Assembly: GCA_958009085.1 (NCBI GenBank)
Contig: OY253671.1
Location: 744,001-808,000, forward strand
Source: Protoeuglena noctilucae
Lineage: Eukaryota
Direction of reading: 5' to 3'
Length of the DNA: 64,000 nucleotides
Within the stretch, counting starts at the first letter, position 1; every line of letters begins with the position of its first letter. The notes under the pieces were generated by a model. It ran no database searches and had not been told where the DNA came from. It saw nothing but the letters and a program-made list of their open reading frames with translations. The translations under genes and the position numbers were made by a program. Shown in pieces: positions 34,336 to 46,017 of this stretch.

Positions 34336-36638
34336 CTACGGCTGCTCCTGCCCCAGGCGCTGTGCCGCCGCGGCACCCATGTCCTTGAGCGCAAAGAGGT
34401 CCATCAGGGCAAGCACGGCGTCGCCGTCGTTCCTGCGCAGCGCATGCTCCGCGGCCTCGCGTGGGACCGATGCCTGCTGCATCAGCAGCTCGATGTCCGC
34501 CTCGGACAAAAGTAGTGCGGTGGTCGGCGGGGGCGTGCGTGGAGATGGCGCCTCCTGCGCCCGAGCCAGGGGGCCGGGGCCCTCAGGACAGGCGGGGCCG
34601 GGGCAAGGCAAGGGCCCGCTAAGCCCCGTAGGCCTTGCGAGACGGCTGCGGGAACCGGGGGCGGCGCCCTGTTGGCTCGACACCCTCCTGAGGGGCCGGG
34701 GTCAAGTCCAGGGCAGCACGCGCCCGTCCCCGCGCTCACACCCCAGCGCTCACGCCCCAGCGCCCACCTTGCTCTTGGTGCCCCGCCGAACGTCCTCCCC
34801 GACCTCGGCGGCAGCTCCCGAGTACTTGTGCGCCGGGGTCGGGGCTGCTTCCGCAGCGGGACCTGCCGCCGCCTTCGGGGCCGCGTCCTGGCCGGCCTTG
34901 GCCGCCGTGGGGTCCGCGTGGCCGGGGACCGCCTCCGACTTGGCGGCGCTTTGCTGGGCGGGCTCGAAGACCGGGTTCTCCTTCATGGGCACCGCCTGCG
35001 GGGATGCGGGGCGTGAGGATGCAAGTTGGCTCAGCTCAGCGGGGGTGCGTGCTGTGCGGGGGCGCGGCTGCCTCCCTGCTCGCGCCGGCTCGCCTGGTTC
35101 CCCGCGGCGCCCCCCGTGGCCACGGGCTGCTGGGCCTGCTCGGCGGGGCGGAAGTGATCGACAGCCTTGGTCACCATGGCGCGGATGGAGTCCTGGTAGG
35201 GCCCCACGATGGGCTCGATGGTGGGGTAGACCCTGTCGGCGGCCGTGGTGGCGACGGCGAGGAAGCCCTGGAAGGTGGAGCTGCGCTGCACCTGCTCGGT
35301 GGCGCCCCATGCGCGGTGCACGGCCTGGGCGTAGAGGGGGTGCGTGACGAGGGCGTGGTGGGCCTTGGCGTACTGCGCCGTGGCCAGGTCGACGGCCGAC
35401 TCGAGGCGGGGGCCGATCTCCTTGACGGCCAGGCTCACGGACGGCATGGAGAGGAGTGAGTGCAACGCGCCCTGGACCTTGACGATGAGCGTGCGCGCGT
35501 AGTCGCCCTTGCGAGCCTCCTCGACGGCCGCCAGCACGGCGTCGGAGGCCGCGCGCAGGCGCTCCATCGCCGCGCCCGTGAGGCTGGGGATGCCCTGGGT
35601 GCGCAGGGCCTTGGCCGCCTCAGACACCTGGGCGAGGTACTGCTCGCCGGCAGCCCTGCGACGAGAGGGCGGGAGGAGACGCTCGCGCCGGGAGGCATCG
35701 CGCGGCGCCCGCCGGTCGCGATCCCGGGCCGCGCCTCGCACCTGACCGCCGTGGCGCGTGCCTCCAGGGCGCCGGCCGTCGACTGGATGTCCTGGTAGAC
35801 GGCCTTGCGGACGTCCTCGATGCTGATGTTGCTGAGCGTCGCGTAGGCGCGGGCGAGGTACTCCTGGCGCTGCTCCTGGAGGCCCTTGGCCCGCTCGGGG
35901 CTCGTGATGCGGGCGAGCATCTCGCCCTCGATGCGCTGCAGGAGCTCCGAGCCGTACGTGACCGCGCCCTTGCCCTTCGTGTACACGTAGTCGACTTGGC
36001 CGTCCGCTGCGAGGGCCGGGAGGGGCCGGCTCGGTACGGGCGGTGCTGAGCTAGGTCGCGGGACCCGAGCAGCGCCGGCGCGCCCCTTCACCGGTGCTAA
36101 GCAGCGCCGGCGCCGTGTTCGACAGCTTCTCGATGTAGGGCTGCACGTAGCTCTCGATGCCTGCGGCGGGGGAGTCGACACGTCGCCCGCGGGCCGGCCA
36201 GCCTCGTGCGACGCATACCGCGCGTTTCGAGAGCTCGCGGGAAACACAGCGTCACGTGCGAGCGAAGAGCGCATTAAGGGCCCAATATATCCGCGTGTGG
36301 ACGCCCGCACGCGCGAAATTCCCCGGCGCGAGGGTCCCGAGCAACGGTCCGCCGTGCGCGCGAACCGGGCCTTCGAAGGCGTCCCCGAGGCGCGCAACGG
36401 CATATTCGGGATCAATTGCAGCAGCGGTGAGCGTCGCGAGGGCGCCGGGGCGCTGCTCGATCGGGGACGAGGGCGGGAAGGGGCGCAGGGTGGCCCGCGA
36501 GCGCCGCTCACCCGTGAGCCGGCCCGCGATCGCGCCGGGCAGCCGGGTCTTGGTCGCTCCGTACGCGGACATGGCCTGGTTCGCGGCCCATTCCCCGAGG
36601 CTCTCGAGGTAGCTGAGGTGCTTGAGGTCCGTCGCCAT
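34336..36638 (-). CDS. MLDP: Major lipid droplet protein (MLDP) with an Ala/Pro linker and a probable C-terminal NAC-alpha/HYPK-type UBA domain
   Basis: MATDLKHLSY.., YGATKTRLP, ADGQVD, AHHALVTHPLY, VYPTIEPIV, DHFRPA match green-algal MLDP hallmarks. Downstream same-strand exon encodes LSEADIELLMQQASVPREAAEHALRRNDGDAVLALMDL. The exact splicing into the UBA exon is ambiguous. Confidence 0.75.
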
Positions 36639-37212
36639 CCTGGTCGCGAGACGATGCGACGGTGACGTCAGAGACGAGTAATTCTGCCGCAGGAGCTTCC
36701 GGCGGCCGAGGGAGACGCGCGCCGGGAGAAAAGGTCCCGGAGGCTCAAGGCGGGCAGTGAGACGTCGCGAGGAGGGTGAGAACGGCGATGTTGGTCGATG
36801 CGTCGCTCAAGTTTGGCCATCGTGAGCCACGCCCCGCAGCCAAGAGCGCGCTGCGGGGCCGAAACCGGGCCGACCCTGCGTTTTCCTGCGTCGGACAGGC
36901 GTCCGGCCGCGCCGGCGACTCCGGCCGTCCGTCATCGGACCTGGAAAAGAGACCACTAGATGCCCACGGACGCCATTCGCCGCGCGCCCCACCTACATTT
37001 AAACTCGCGGGCGTTTTCCAGGCCTCGACCCACGGGGTGCGAAGCGTGGTCGTGTTCTCGTCCCCAACTTGCCTCTTGAACTGCGAAGGCGACTGGAAGG
37101 GGCGGGAAGGGCGCCGGCGGGAGCGAGACGCCGGAAACGCTCAGCTGGGTACAACGCTTGACGGGGCCCCCTGAAGGCCCGGAGGGGCGGTTGACGGGGA
37201 CTAGGAGCCGCC

Positions 37213-38262
37213 ATGGGCGAAATCACGTCCTTCTCGGTGGTAGTCTCGGGCCAGATTGAAACGGCCGACCTCGAATGGAGCACAAACGCGTACTGCAAGG
37301 TGCACGGGCGCAACGGGGCCCTGCCCGGGCCACGATGGGCCCAACAGGCCGCGGGGACTCGATGTGCTCCTAATTACTTCGTATGCAGTATCAGATGGTG
37401 CACGGGGAGGACTGGCACCTGCTGTCCGGGCTGGAGGACGGGGTGACTCAGGTGGCACGGGACGGGAGCCACGCGTCCAGGTGGGTCTGGGTCCCCGCGC
37501 GCCCAGCTGGCTCCACTGACTCTGCATCCGTTTGTCCGACGCCTCTCGTCCTCTCCTCCCCGGCCCAGCACGAGCGAGGACCGGCTCGTGTGGAACTTCC
37601 CCCTCGACTTCGCCTACAAGAGCACCAACGTCTTTGGATGGCCCCAGATCGTCCTGAACGTGTACGGCGTCGATTCTTTCGGGGTGAGCCATGTGCTGCG
37701 CATTTCGTGGCATCCGCTCGCGCAGATGGAGGCAACCTCCTGCTTTAGCATGCATTCTTGCCCCTGAACATCGCTGCCTGAGCTCCGTGGCCACAGAGGG
37801 ACGTCATCATGGGCTACGGGTGCATTCACGTGCCCACGCAGCCCGGAAAGCACAGGATCAAGGCAAGGGGTCTCAACGCTCGTGTTCGTGCTCCTCAACA
37901 GGGCGCTGCGGGAAGTGTGCCATGCCATGTCACCCTTCGTTGGCTCCCGCCACGCCCCCAGGTGCGCTTATTCAAGCCCATCGCGTCGTCGGGGCTCCAG
38001 TCCTTCATTGGCTGGCTGACGGGGCGCCCCCCGGAGTTCAGCGACCCGAAGTTCCCCGCCTACGGAGAAGGGCGGGAGGTCACCAAGTGAGGCTGCCCGC
38101 GGTGGCCACGAGCAGTTGGTTCAGGGCCTGCCCCCAGCTTGTCGAACGTCTCATCCTGCCGGCTGCTCTCACAGGGTGCAGTCGGGCGGCCACGTGACGC
38201 TGCAGCTCAACGTGCTGACGAAGGGCATGGAGGTTTTCGGATACGATGCCGGTAGCAACTAG
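37213..38262 (+). CDS. B9D1: B9 domain-containing protein 1 (ciliary transition zone, MKS module)
   Basis: [86 protein letters not shown]. Confidence 0.95.
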
Positions 38263-38514
38263 CTGCGTGCATTGCATGCCAGGCCGTGCGGGACGAGTCT
38301 GATTAATGTGCCAGCCACGTTTCTGGTGCCATGGACCCGTGTGAAGAGCGTGATGGGCCGTCAGTTGCACAGCACACGGCGCAGGTCCCATGGCAGTGAG
38401 GCGTCGTAGCAGACTGTCGCGCTCTTGCTAGGTCAGAGCGGGCAGCAGCTGCCTTTCCAACTCAGTGTGCACGCCGCGCGCCTTTGGCGCTGGGATCCCT
38501 CGCTCCCCGACGCC

Positions 38515-39543
38515 ATGTCGGACGCTGAGATGGAGAACAACGCGGGAGAGGTGGAGGTGCGGGCCAGATCTGCCCGGGCCTGTGTCCCAGACGCTCGTGG
38601 CCAACCTTTGGCTTGCTGCGGCACGGCGCGGGGCCGGAATCCCTAGCGAGTTGCGACTTTGACGTAGCTTGTCGGCGAGAGGGATGCGCGCGCCCTTGGG
38701 GCGCCGGCCCTCGGAATCTCGTGGGGCACCGAGCCGCACTGCGCAGGGCCAGCCCGCCCGCCCCGGCGCTGGGTATGGCCGTCTCGCCCTCCGTCTGTGC
38801 TCGCGAGGGGGCCTAGTGTTTGGGAGGATGGCAGCTGCATCCCAGCGCCTCCTGCTCCGCCTGCTTTTTCTTCTCCCGCGACGCGGCACGCCCCTCGCCT
38901 CCTGCGTGTCCCTGCGGGGATGCCAGCAGCGCTACGGCGCGCTTGTATCACGATGAATGCCTCCGACCGACGCAGGTGGAGGATGATGGGCGCCCCGGGA
39001 CCTCCAAGTCCAAGAAGAGCGGCAAGCGCTTTCAGATCAAGAAGGCGAGGCCTGGCGCGGTGCCTGGCCGCAGGTCAGGCGCTTTCGCCTCCTGTCCATC
39101 TGCCCGGAATGCCGGGCGCAGCGTCGCGTCACACCCACACGGCTCTGGGCCCCCGGCTCGCAGTGGAACGCGGTGGCGATGTGGTCGTGGGCCATCTGCA
39201 CGGACACCTGCGCCATCTGCCGAAACAACCTGTACGAGCCTTCCATCGAATACCAGGCCAGCCCCACGGGAGACCCGGACCATCCTGGCCTGTCGATTGC
39301 CTGGGGGACGTGCGGGCACGTGTTCCACCTCGACTGCATCCAGGTCAGCCACCAGCGCGGCCCTCGTCAGCATGTATAGACCGCTGCGTCCCGCTCGTGG
39401 CTGCGGCGACAGCGACCTCGTTTCCTCGCCGACCCCCGCAGCGCTGGCACAAGACGCGCTCGGTGTGCCCCCTGTGCAACAAGGAGTGGGACTTCTCCAA
39501 GATCGAGAAGATCCTCGGGGGTGGGTCCCCAGGCGTGGACTAA
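38515..39543 (+). CDS. RBX1: RING-box protein, RBX1/ROC1-like (divergent SIEYQA type)
   Basis: [60 protein letters not shown]. Four exons. Confidence 0.9.
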
Positions 39544-39861
39544 GGCCCGCCCTCGGCGCAAGTAGCGAGCTCTACCATGCGCGAGCAGACGAGGGGGTCC
39601 GCACGCGTGCCACTTATGGCTGCTGCCGGTCTCAAGGTTGCACCATGGGATGCTCGCTTATTCAGACAGCGGGTCGGCGCATTGTCTGCTGGGGAGGGTC
39701 CAGGCACAATGACCCGCTAGGGGGGCTAGCACCCCTACCCCGACACGGCCTTCCTGCATCTGGCACAGTGGCGCGCAGTCAAAGCAGTTGGTGCTGTCCT
39801 GTGTGAAGTGAGCTGTGTCGGTGATGCCACATTCCACCACCCTGCCTAGCCCAGGGATGCC

Positions 39862-42580
39862 ATGCCATTACAGACGGTCCAGTGGCCGGCGCCGAGCGCC
39901 TTGTGCTCGCTGAGGCATGCCGACGGATGTGGCCTGAGATTTGTGCTGAGATGCGAAAGGAGGCGTGTCTTTGGACTGCCTGGGCGGCCGGTGCGGCCCA
40001 GGGAGGCGATGCAGTCACAAGGGGCTGGTACGGGGCCACCTCTCGACCTCTCGATGCCCCTGGCTATCGGACAAGAGCGTGGAAAGCCGCAGCCGTTGCA
40101 TCGCGACGGGCTGAATGCACCGCGCAGTCACAATTTGGGGCAGAAGCTGGCCAAATCCTTGCTCGACGAGGAGGATAGGTCGGAGGAGGACGTTGAGGCG
40201 CTGATGACGCGATTCCTGGCTCAGAGGCGCGTTCATTGCTGCATGCATTGAGATTGCTTGTTTCATCAAAGGCCCGCGTGCATGGGCATCAAAGTACGCA
40301 TGGATGAGCCAGGAGTGGACCGGGAGAGGCGCGGCATGCACGTTGTCTGCCGCAGGGGGATCGAGACTCTCAACGACTACCAGAGCGGGCAGGTCTTGGC
40401 CGCGCTCAACGCGCGGCGAGGCTACGCGCTGACGGTTGCCGCGCACCGCGTGATGACGCGGCGAAGGGACCTTTTTCGCGGGCAGAACGCCTTCTGTTAC
40501 ACCCAGGTACGGGCAGACTGCTGCTTTCTCGCCGAGTGGTGCGTGTAGGGGGACAATCGCAAGCAATGGAATCGAGGAAGCGCTCCCAACGCAGGTCGTG
40601 ACGGCGCTGCGGCGCCTGGGGAGGGACTTCCGCGAAGTTGGCGCGGTGATTGACGCGATGGAGCGCGAGGGCGTCGTCCCCGACATGGTGTCCGTCAACG
40701 CTGCCGTGGCGGCCGCTGCTCGGCACGGGGGCCTCGTCGGGTGTCGCGAGATGCTCCAGAGGCTGCAGACGCTCACCACCGAGCCCATCTCCCCCGACCT
40801 GTTCACCTTCACGACCATGATTGCTGCGAGCAGCACCCTGCCTGGGCAGGTTAGCCACCTTGCCTGCGGTCCCTGACCTGCACAGCCCCTGCACAGGGCC
40901 AGCGCCTGCCCACCACTGTCCGTGGCCCTGCCTGACCCGCAGGAGGCTGCGAGGGAGGCGCGCCGCCTCTTCGAGGAAATGCTGAACGCAGGGTACAAGC
41001 CCAACTTGCACGCGTACACCGCGCTGATGACCGTGCTGCAGCGAGGCGGGGAGTGGCAGCAGTGCGTGCGGTGAGACATTTGGTGCAGGTGCACAGCTCG
41101 CCCACCCCGGTCCTGCACTATGGCACGCACAGACATGCCCTTGCGTTCGCAGGATCTTCAGTGTAATGGAAGCGAGCGGCTGCGTGGCGGACGTGGTTGC
41201 ATACAACTCGGTGATTTCCGGCCTGGCCCGCGGCGGCCAGTGGGAGGACGCCTGGGGCATCCTGCAGTCCATGACGCGGGCGGGCGTGCGGCCATCCACC
41301 GTCACCTACAACGCCGTCCTGGCTGCGTGCGAGAGAGGTCCGTTTCTGAAGCTCGTGCGAGCGTACGTGAACTCGAAGCTGGGCGGGACGGTGGGGCATC
41401 AACCCTCTCCGTAACCTCCCCGCGATGCAGGGCGGCAGCCGGAGCGGGCGATGGAGATCCTAGACCGGATGCAACGAGAGGACAGCAGGGGCGACGGCCT
41501 GGTTAAGATGGACGTGACGACCTTTAACACGGCCATCAGCGCCGTGGGGCGCGGGGGCGACGTCGACCGCGCCCTGAAGCTCTTTGAGGAGATGGGGAAG
41601 CGAGGCATCGCGCCGGACACCGTGACGGCTGGGTCACTCGTCTCAGCCTGCGCGGCGGTGAGAGCAGCAGGCCCTCCCGTGTGCGCTGCATGTGCTAGGA
41701 TGCGTGACTTGTTCGCGCTCCCATGCACTTTCCACGTGCGCCCCGTGCACCCCACGTTTGCTTTGCTTGCAGTCGGAGGACTGGGAGCTCGCGACGGGGC
41801 TTTTGCGGACGATGCAGCACGACCACGGGGTGACCCTGAGCACCGTGTGCTTCAACTCCCTCCTCAACGTGCTGTCGCGCACGGGGGAGTGGAGGAGAGC
41901 CATGGCGCTGCTGGACGCCATGCGCGCGGTGACTGGCGCCCCCCGCACCCGCCCAGCACGCACAACGCACCTTGCTGCCACCGAAGCCACCGCAGCCCTC
42001 CGCGCACGCAGACCGCACCCGCCGGGCGCGTCTACGAGCGCATCGCGGTGCCTGAGTCGGTCGCCCCTGATGCCTACACCCTCTGCACGGTCGTGGATGC
42101 CTGTAGCCGAGCGGGGCAGACCGCCACGGCCCTGCGCCTGTTCGACGAGATGGTGGCGCAGGGGCTGCAGCCCACCCCCGTGGCTTACGCCTCGGCGCTC
42201 AAGGCGTGCGAGCAAGGGAACCTCTGGCGTCGCGCCGCGGAGATCTGGTGAGGGGCGGCGGGGCTCTGCCGCTTACACCCCGTTCTGCATTAAGTGGGAT
42301 CAGTCGCGACCCCGCTCTCCTGGTGAGCGTCACCATGCAAGATCGGCCTCGCTTGTCTGGTTTGCGCAGGGAGGTCATGGAGGGTCAGGGTTTCGTGACA
42401 GAGGGCACGTCCCGCGCCGGCAGCTCCCTGCCCACGCTGGCACGGAGGATTTTGTACGGGTTGGGTGTCATGGAGCGTGTGCCCCCGAGCATCGTGGACG
42501 CGGGGCGCATGGCCGTCGATTCGGGGCGGGCCACGAGGGAGTACCTGGACCGCATCGGGAGGTCGCGGTTGGCGCTTTAA
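39862..42580 (+). CDS. Pentatricopeptide repeat (PPR) protein, probably organelle-targeted
   Basis: About 9-10 35-aa PPR motifs, e.g. VAYNSVISGLARGGQWEDAWGILQSMTRAGVRPST, TTFNTAISAVGRGGDVDRALKLFEEMGKRGIAPDT, YTLCTVVDACSRAGQTATALRLFDEMVAQGLQPTP. Confidence 0.93.
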
Positions 42581-42704
42581 ATGCATGGGCAGGTGGCCCG
42601 GCGCGTCGCTCGATGAGAAGGCGACCAAAACTGCAGAGACGCTTGACTGCCAAGCTACGATCTAGAGAGACGTTTGAAATATCTAGCTCCTGCCGACCGG
42701 TCGG

Positions 42705-45329
42705 TCATGCCTGGCGGTCGTGGTGTGCGGGCGCGTGGGCGGGCGCGTCGCGGGGCGTGGGGCGCGAATGGGCGCCCCGCGGGAGGAAGAGGGTGAGGAC
42801 GAAGGCCGTGGCCATGCACGCGGCACCAAGGACGAAGGGGGCGCCGGGGAAGTAGGGGAGGTGCCCGGGGCGGTCCGAGCGCGTGAAGAGCGAGAAGAGC
42901 TTGGCGAAGACGAGCGGCCCCACTCCGTTGGCCAGGGCCCGGGCCCCGAAGAGCGCCCCCTGCACGGCGCCCTGCTCCGCCTGCTCGACGTTGCGGCTCT
43001 TGATGCTGCGTGCGTTGGCATGAGGTTGGGTGCTTCATTGACGGCGTCAATTCCTGCTTGGCAGCACTGGGAGAAGTGGCTTAGGGCTTACCTGGAGATG
43101 GACGGGAAGGAGAGCATGGCGAGGGAGCCGACGACGAGACCCGAGTAGGCCAGCGCGTAGTTGGTGGTGAACACCAGCATGACCATGTGGACCGTGCTCG
43201 CCAACAGGCCCAGGGCAAGCACGTGTTGCTCTGCGGGGTGGGGGGTATGGGGGGGCATGAGCTGTGACTCCAGCGAGTCAGGATGCTGACGAGGGCAACG
43301 CTGAGCGTGTCGCTAGCACCACACACCAGTGGCCACGCGCATGAGTGCGGGGAGGAGGGCCATCTGGCTGAGGATGCCGCACGTGCCGAGAACGATAAAG
43401 AGGAGCGCTTGGTCCCGGGAGGTGAACGACACCCTCATCTCGAAGTACTGCATAAGCAGGTCTTGCAGCCCCTCTAAGCACATCCCTTGTAGCATCTGGG
43501 GGGCAGGGGGGGGGCGAGGGTGTGAGGGAACACGCAGGGAAGCTGCTGGGCTAGCACACGCCATGCCCCGCTGGTCTCACGGTGATGAGGGTGAGCATGC
43601 GGAAGAGCTTCGACCGCCACGCCACCCGGAAGGCCCGGGCGAGGTGGCCCAGGCCCACGGGCGCCTGCGACGGCGTCCCCGCCACAGCGGGGCTCTGCCG
43701 CTCCGGTGCGTGAGTCGGCCGCTCGTCCAGAGTTTCCTCCACGGGCGCCCCTGCAGGGGAAGCAAACCCACCGCGATCATCGCCTCGCTTGACGTGACCA
43801 AGCCACGCCTCCCTGGGCTGCGCCGACCGACCCCGGCAAGCTGCAATAAGGCGCCTGGCGCATGGCCGGCGTCTCCCTGCCCACGCACCGCCAGGCTCGG
43901 CCTCTAGCGCAAGCGGCGGCGCCTCCCGGGTCGTCGTGGAGGAGGGCTGCTCCACGTCCCCTGACATCCCCCCCGCGTCAGACAGGCGCGCCGACGAGCC
44001 CCCCGCTGAGTCTGGGAGCAGCGCCTCCTCGTCCTCCACGGTATCTGCGAGGTAGCCACAGGGGATCGTCTTACAAGGTAGCAACGCGGTGTCCCGTGTG
44101 CGGCCCACATATGCGACGTCAAGGAGCAGCTCATGAGTATGTGAGCACAAGGGCGTCCAGGTCATCATGCATAATCGTGATCACGCGCGCACCTCGCGAC
44201 TGCCCCGTGGATTGCCTCCAGGCGGTCTGCTTCCGCCCTGCCTTGCCCGGCGGCCCCGCGTACCACCCCGTCACCACCCGCGCGACGGTGGCCCTCGCCA
44301 CGCGCTCGGGGGGTAGACTCTCCGGCAAGACAGCCGTGGCCACGACGACCGCGACCATGATGGCGAGGCTGGCGTACAGGGTGCGCATGGCGTCGCCGAT
44401 GGCTGCCGCCAGAATGGGGCCCAGGAGGAAGGCGCAGGCGGGCATGGCGAGCAGCACGCCAAAGACCTTGGGTCGGTTAGCGGGGGTCGTGAGGTCCGCG
44501 GCATAGGGCAGGCTCACGGTGAGGGTGCTGAAGGCCGCCGAGACGGCCGTCGCTGCGGGGAGCAGCGTCTTTTAGTCACGGTGCGTGCTGAGCAGAGCCA
44601 AGCTGAGGTGGGCACAGGCATGCGTGGGACGTGCTCTGCTTCGCCGCTGCTCACTGGGGAAGATCCACAGGAGAGAGAAGCCCGCCTTGGCATAGAAGAG
44701 GAGCGCGAGGAGGGGCAGGAGGCTCGTGACCTGGGCCAGCAAGAGGAAAGGGACTCGGCCCACCACGTCCGACACGCTGCCGACCAGGGGGTTGATGACG
44801 AAGCTGAGGACACTGCGGGGAGCGAGCGGGCGGACAGACTGAATGGCATGACGGGGTAGGCATGGGTGGGTGATGGAGGCGGGGTGTGGTGGGATGCGGC
44901 GCGCTGCGTCTTGCCTCTGGCTGGCGAAGCTGGTCCAACTTTGCCACATTACGACCGTACTGTGGGCATCCACGCATGCGGGAGGCTCCAGCCCTCGGTC
45001 GAAGGACTCGCAGGAGAGGGACGGGTCGCCCGCGGCTCTGCCGGCAAAGAAGTTGGTGAGAATCGAAGGCATGAAGGGAAGCACCATGACTGCGGGCAAG
45101 GAACGATACCAAGGGTCGCCGGGCAGAACTGCGGCTGGCACGCGACGGTTGCGGCGAGAGCAAGGGATGGAGAGAGGGCAGGACGCGGCCACGCACCGGT
45201 GGGCGTTATGCCGAAGAGGAGAATGGGTAGAAGGCGCCATAACCCCGAGTTCCACAGCTCCTGTAACACCGTGGGTCCCGGCGAACCGGCAGCGTCTCGA
45301 CGGTGGGACGGACGAGCATCTATCGCCAT
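42705..45329 (-). CDS. MFS transporter, HIAT1/MFSD14 (tetracycline-efflux-like) family
   Basis: PLVGSVSDVVGRVPF, YAADLTTPANR, LLGPIL, LPESLP, SFPSIS, EQGAVQGALFGARALANGVGPLVF, PGAPF; multiple TM segments. Confidence 0.85.
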
Positions 45330-46017
45330 CCTGTCACTGCGATGAGCTAGTGACCGAAGCAGTGGGAGAATTGGCCTCTCCCAGCGTTAGGAAGGACCAC
45401 CCGAGGGTAGGCATAAACCTTAAGAGCAATCGTGTATCGACACAAAGCGGGTTCCGAACCTCCGCGTGTCGGGCCTCCCCCGAGCCATTCACGCCATCGG
45501 CCTCCACGCACCCGCTCCGCCAAGCGGCGATACACGACCGCTGCGCCTGAGGATGTTCCTGCTCCTATACCTTCGCTGACTGCAAGAGCGGCGCGTGGCG
45601 CGAGGCAGTGAGTGTCACGAAGTGTGGGGTGGGTGCCCCCGACCTCGGCGAAGCTCGATGAGTGGATGCCGCAATGCCCCGAGGCCAGCAGATGAACTAG
45701 GTTCCTGGTTGCGTCAACCGAAGATTCAAGGAACCACTAGCGAGCTGAAAACTGTAAAACCACGCGCTGTGCTGCACCAGCCAGATCACGGTCGCACAAG
45801 AGAGAGCCGCAAAACAGAACGACAAAGCAATCCAGACATCCCATGCACCGCAGCTAGCATGCGCGACCGCCCAGAGAGCGCAGCACATGAGGGTTTTGCA
45901 AGCGACTGGCAGCGATGCGCACATCGCAGGGCTGACAGTCACTCATCACGCCCTGCCCAGCCATGCCTCCCACAGCTGCTCATCGCCCGTCGGGCCTCAC
46001 CGACTGCCGCCACCCCG

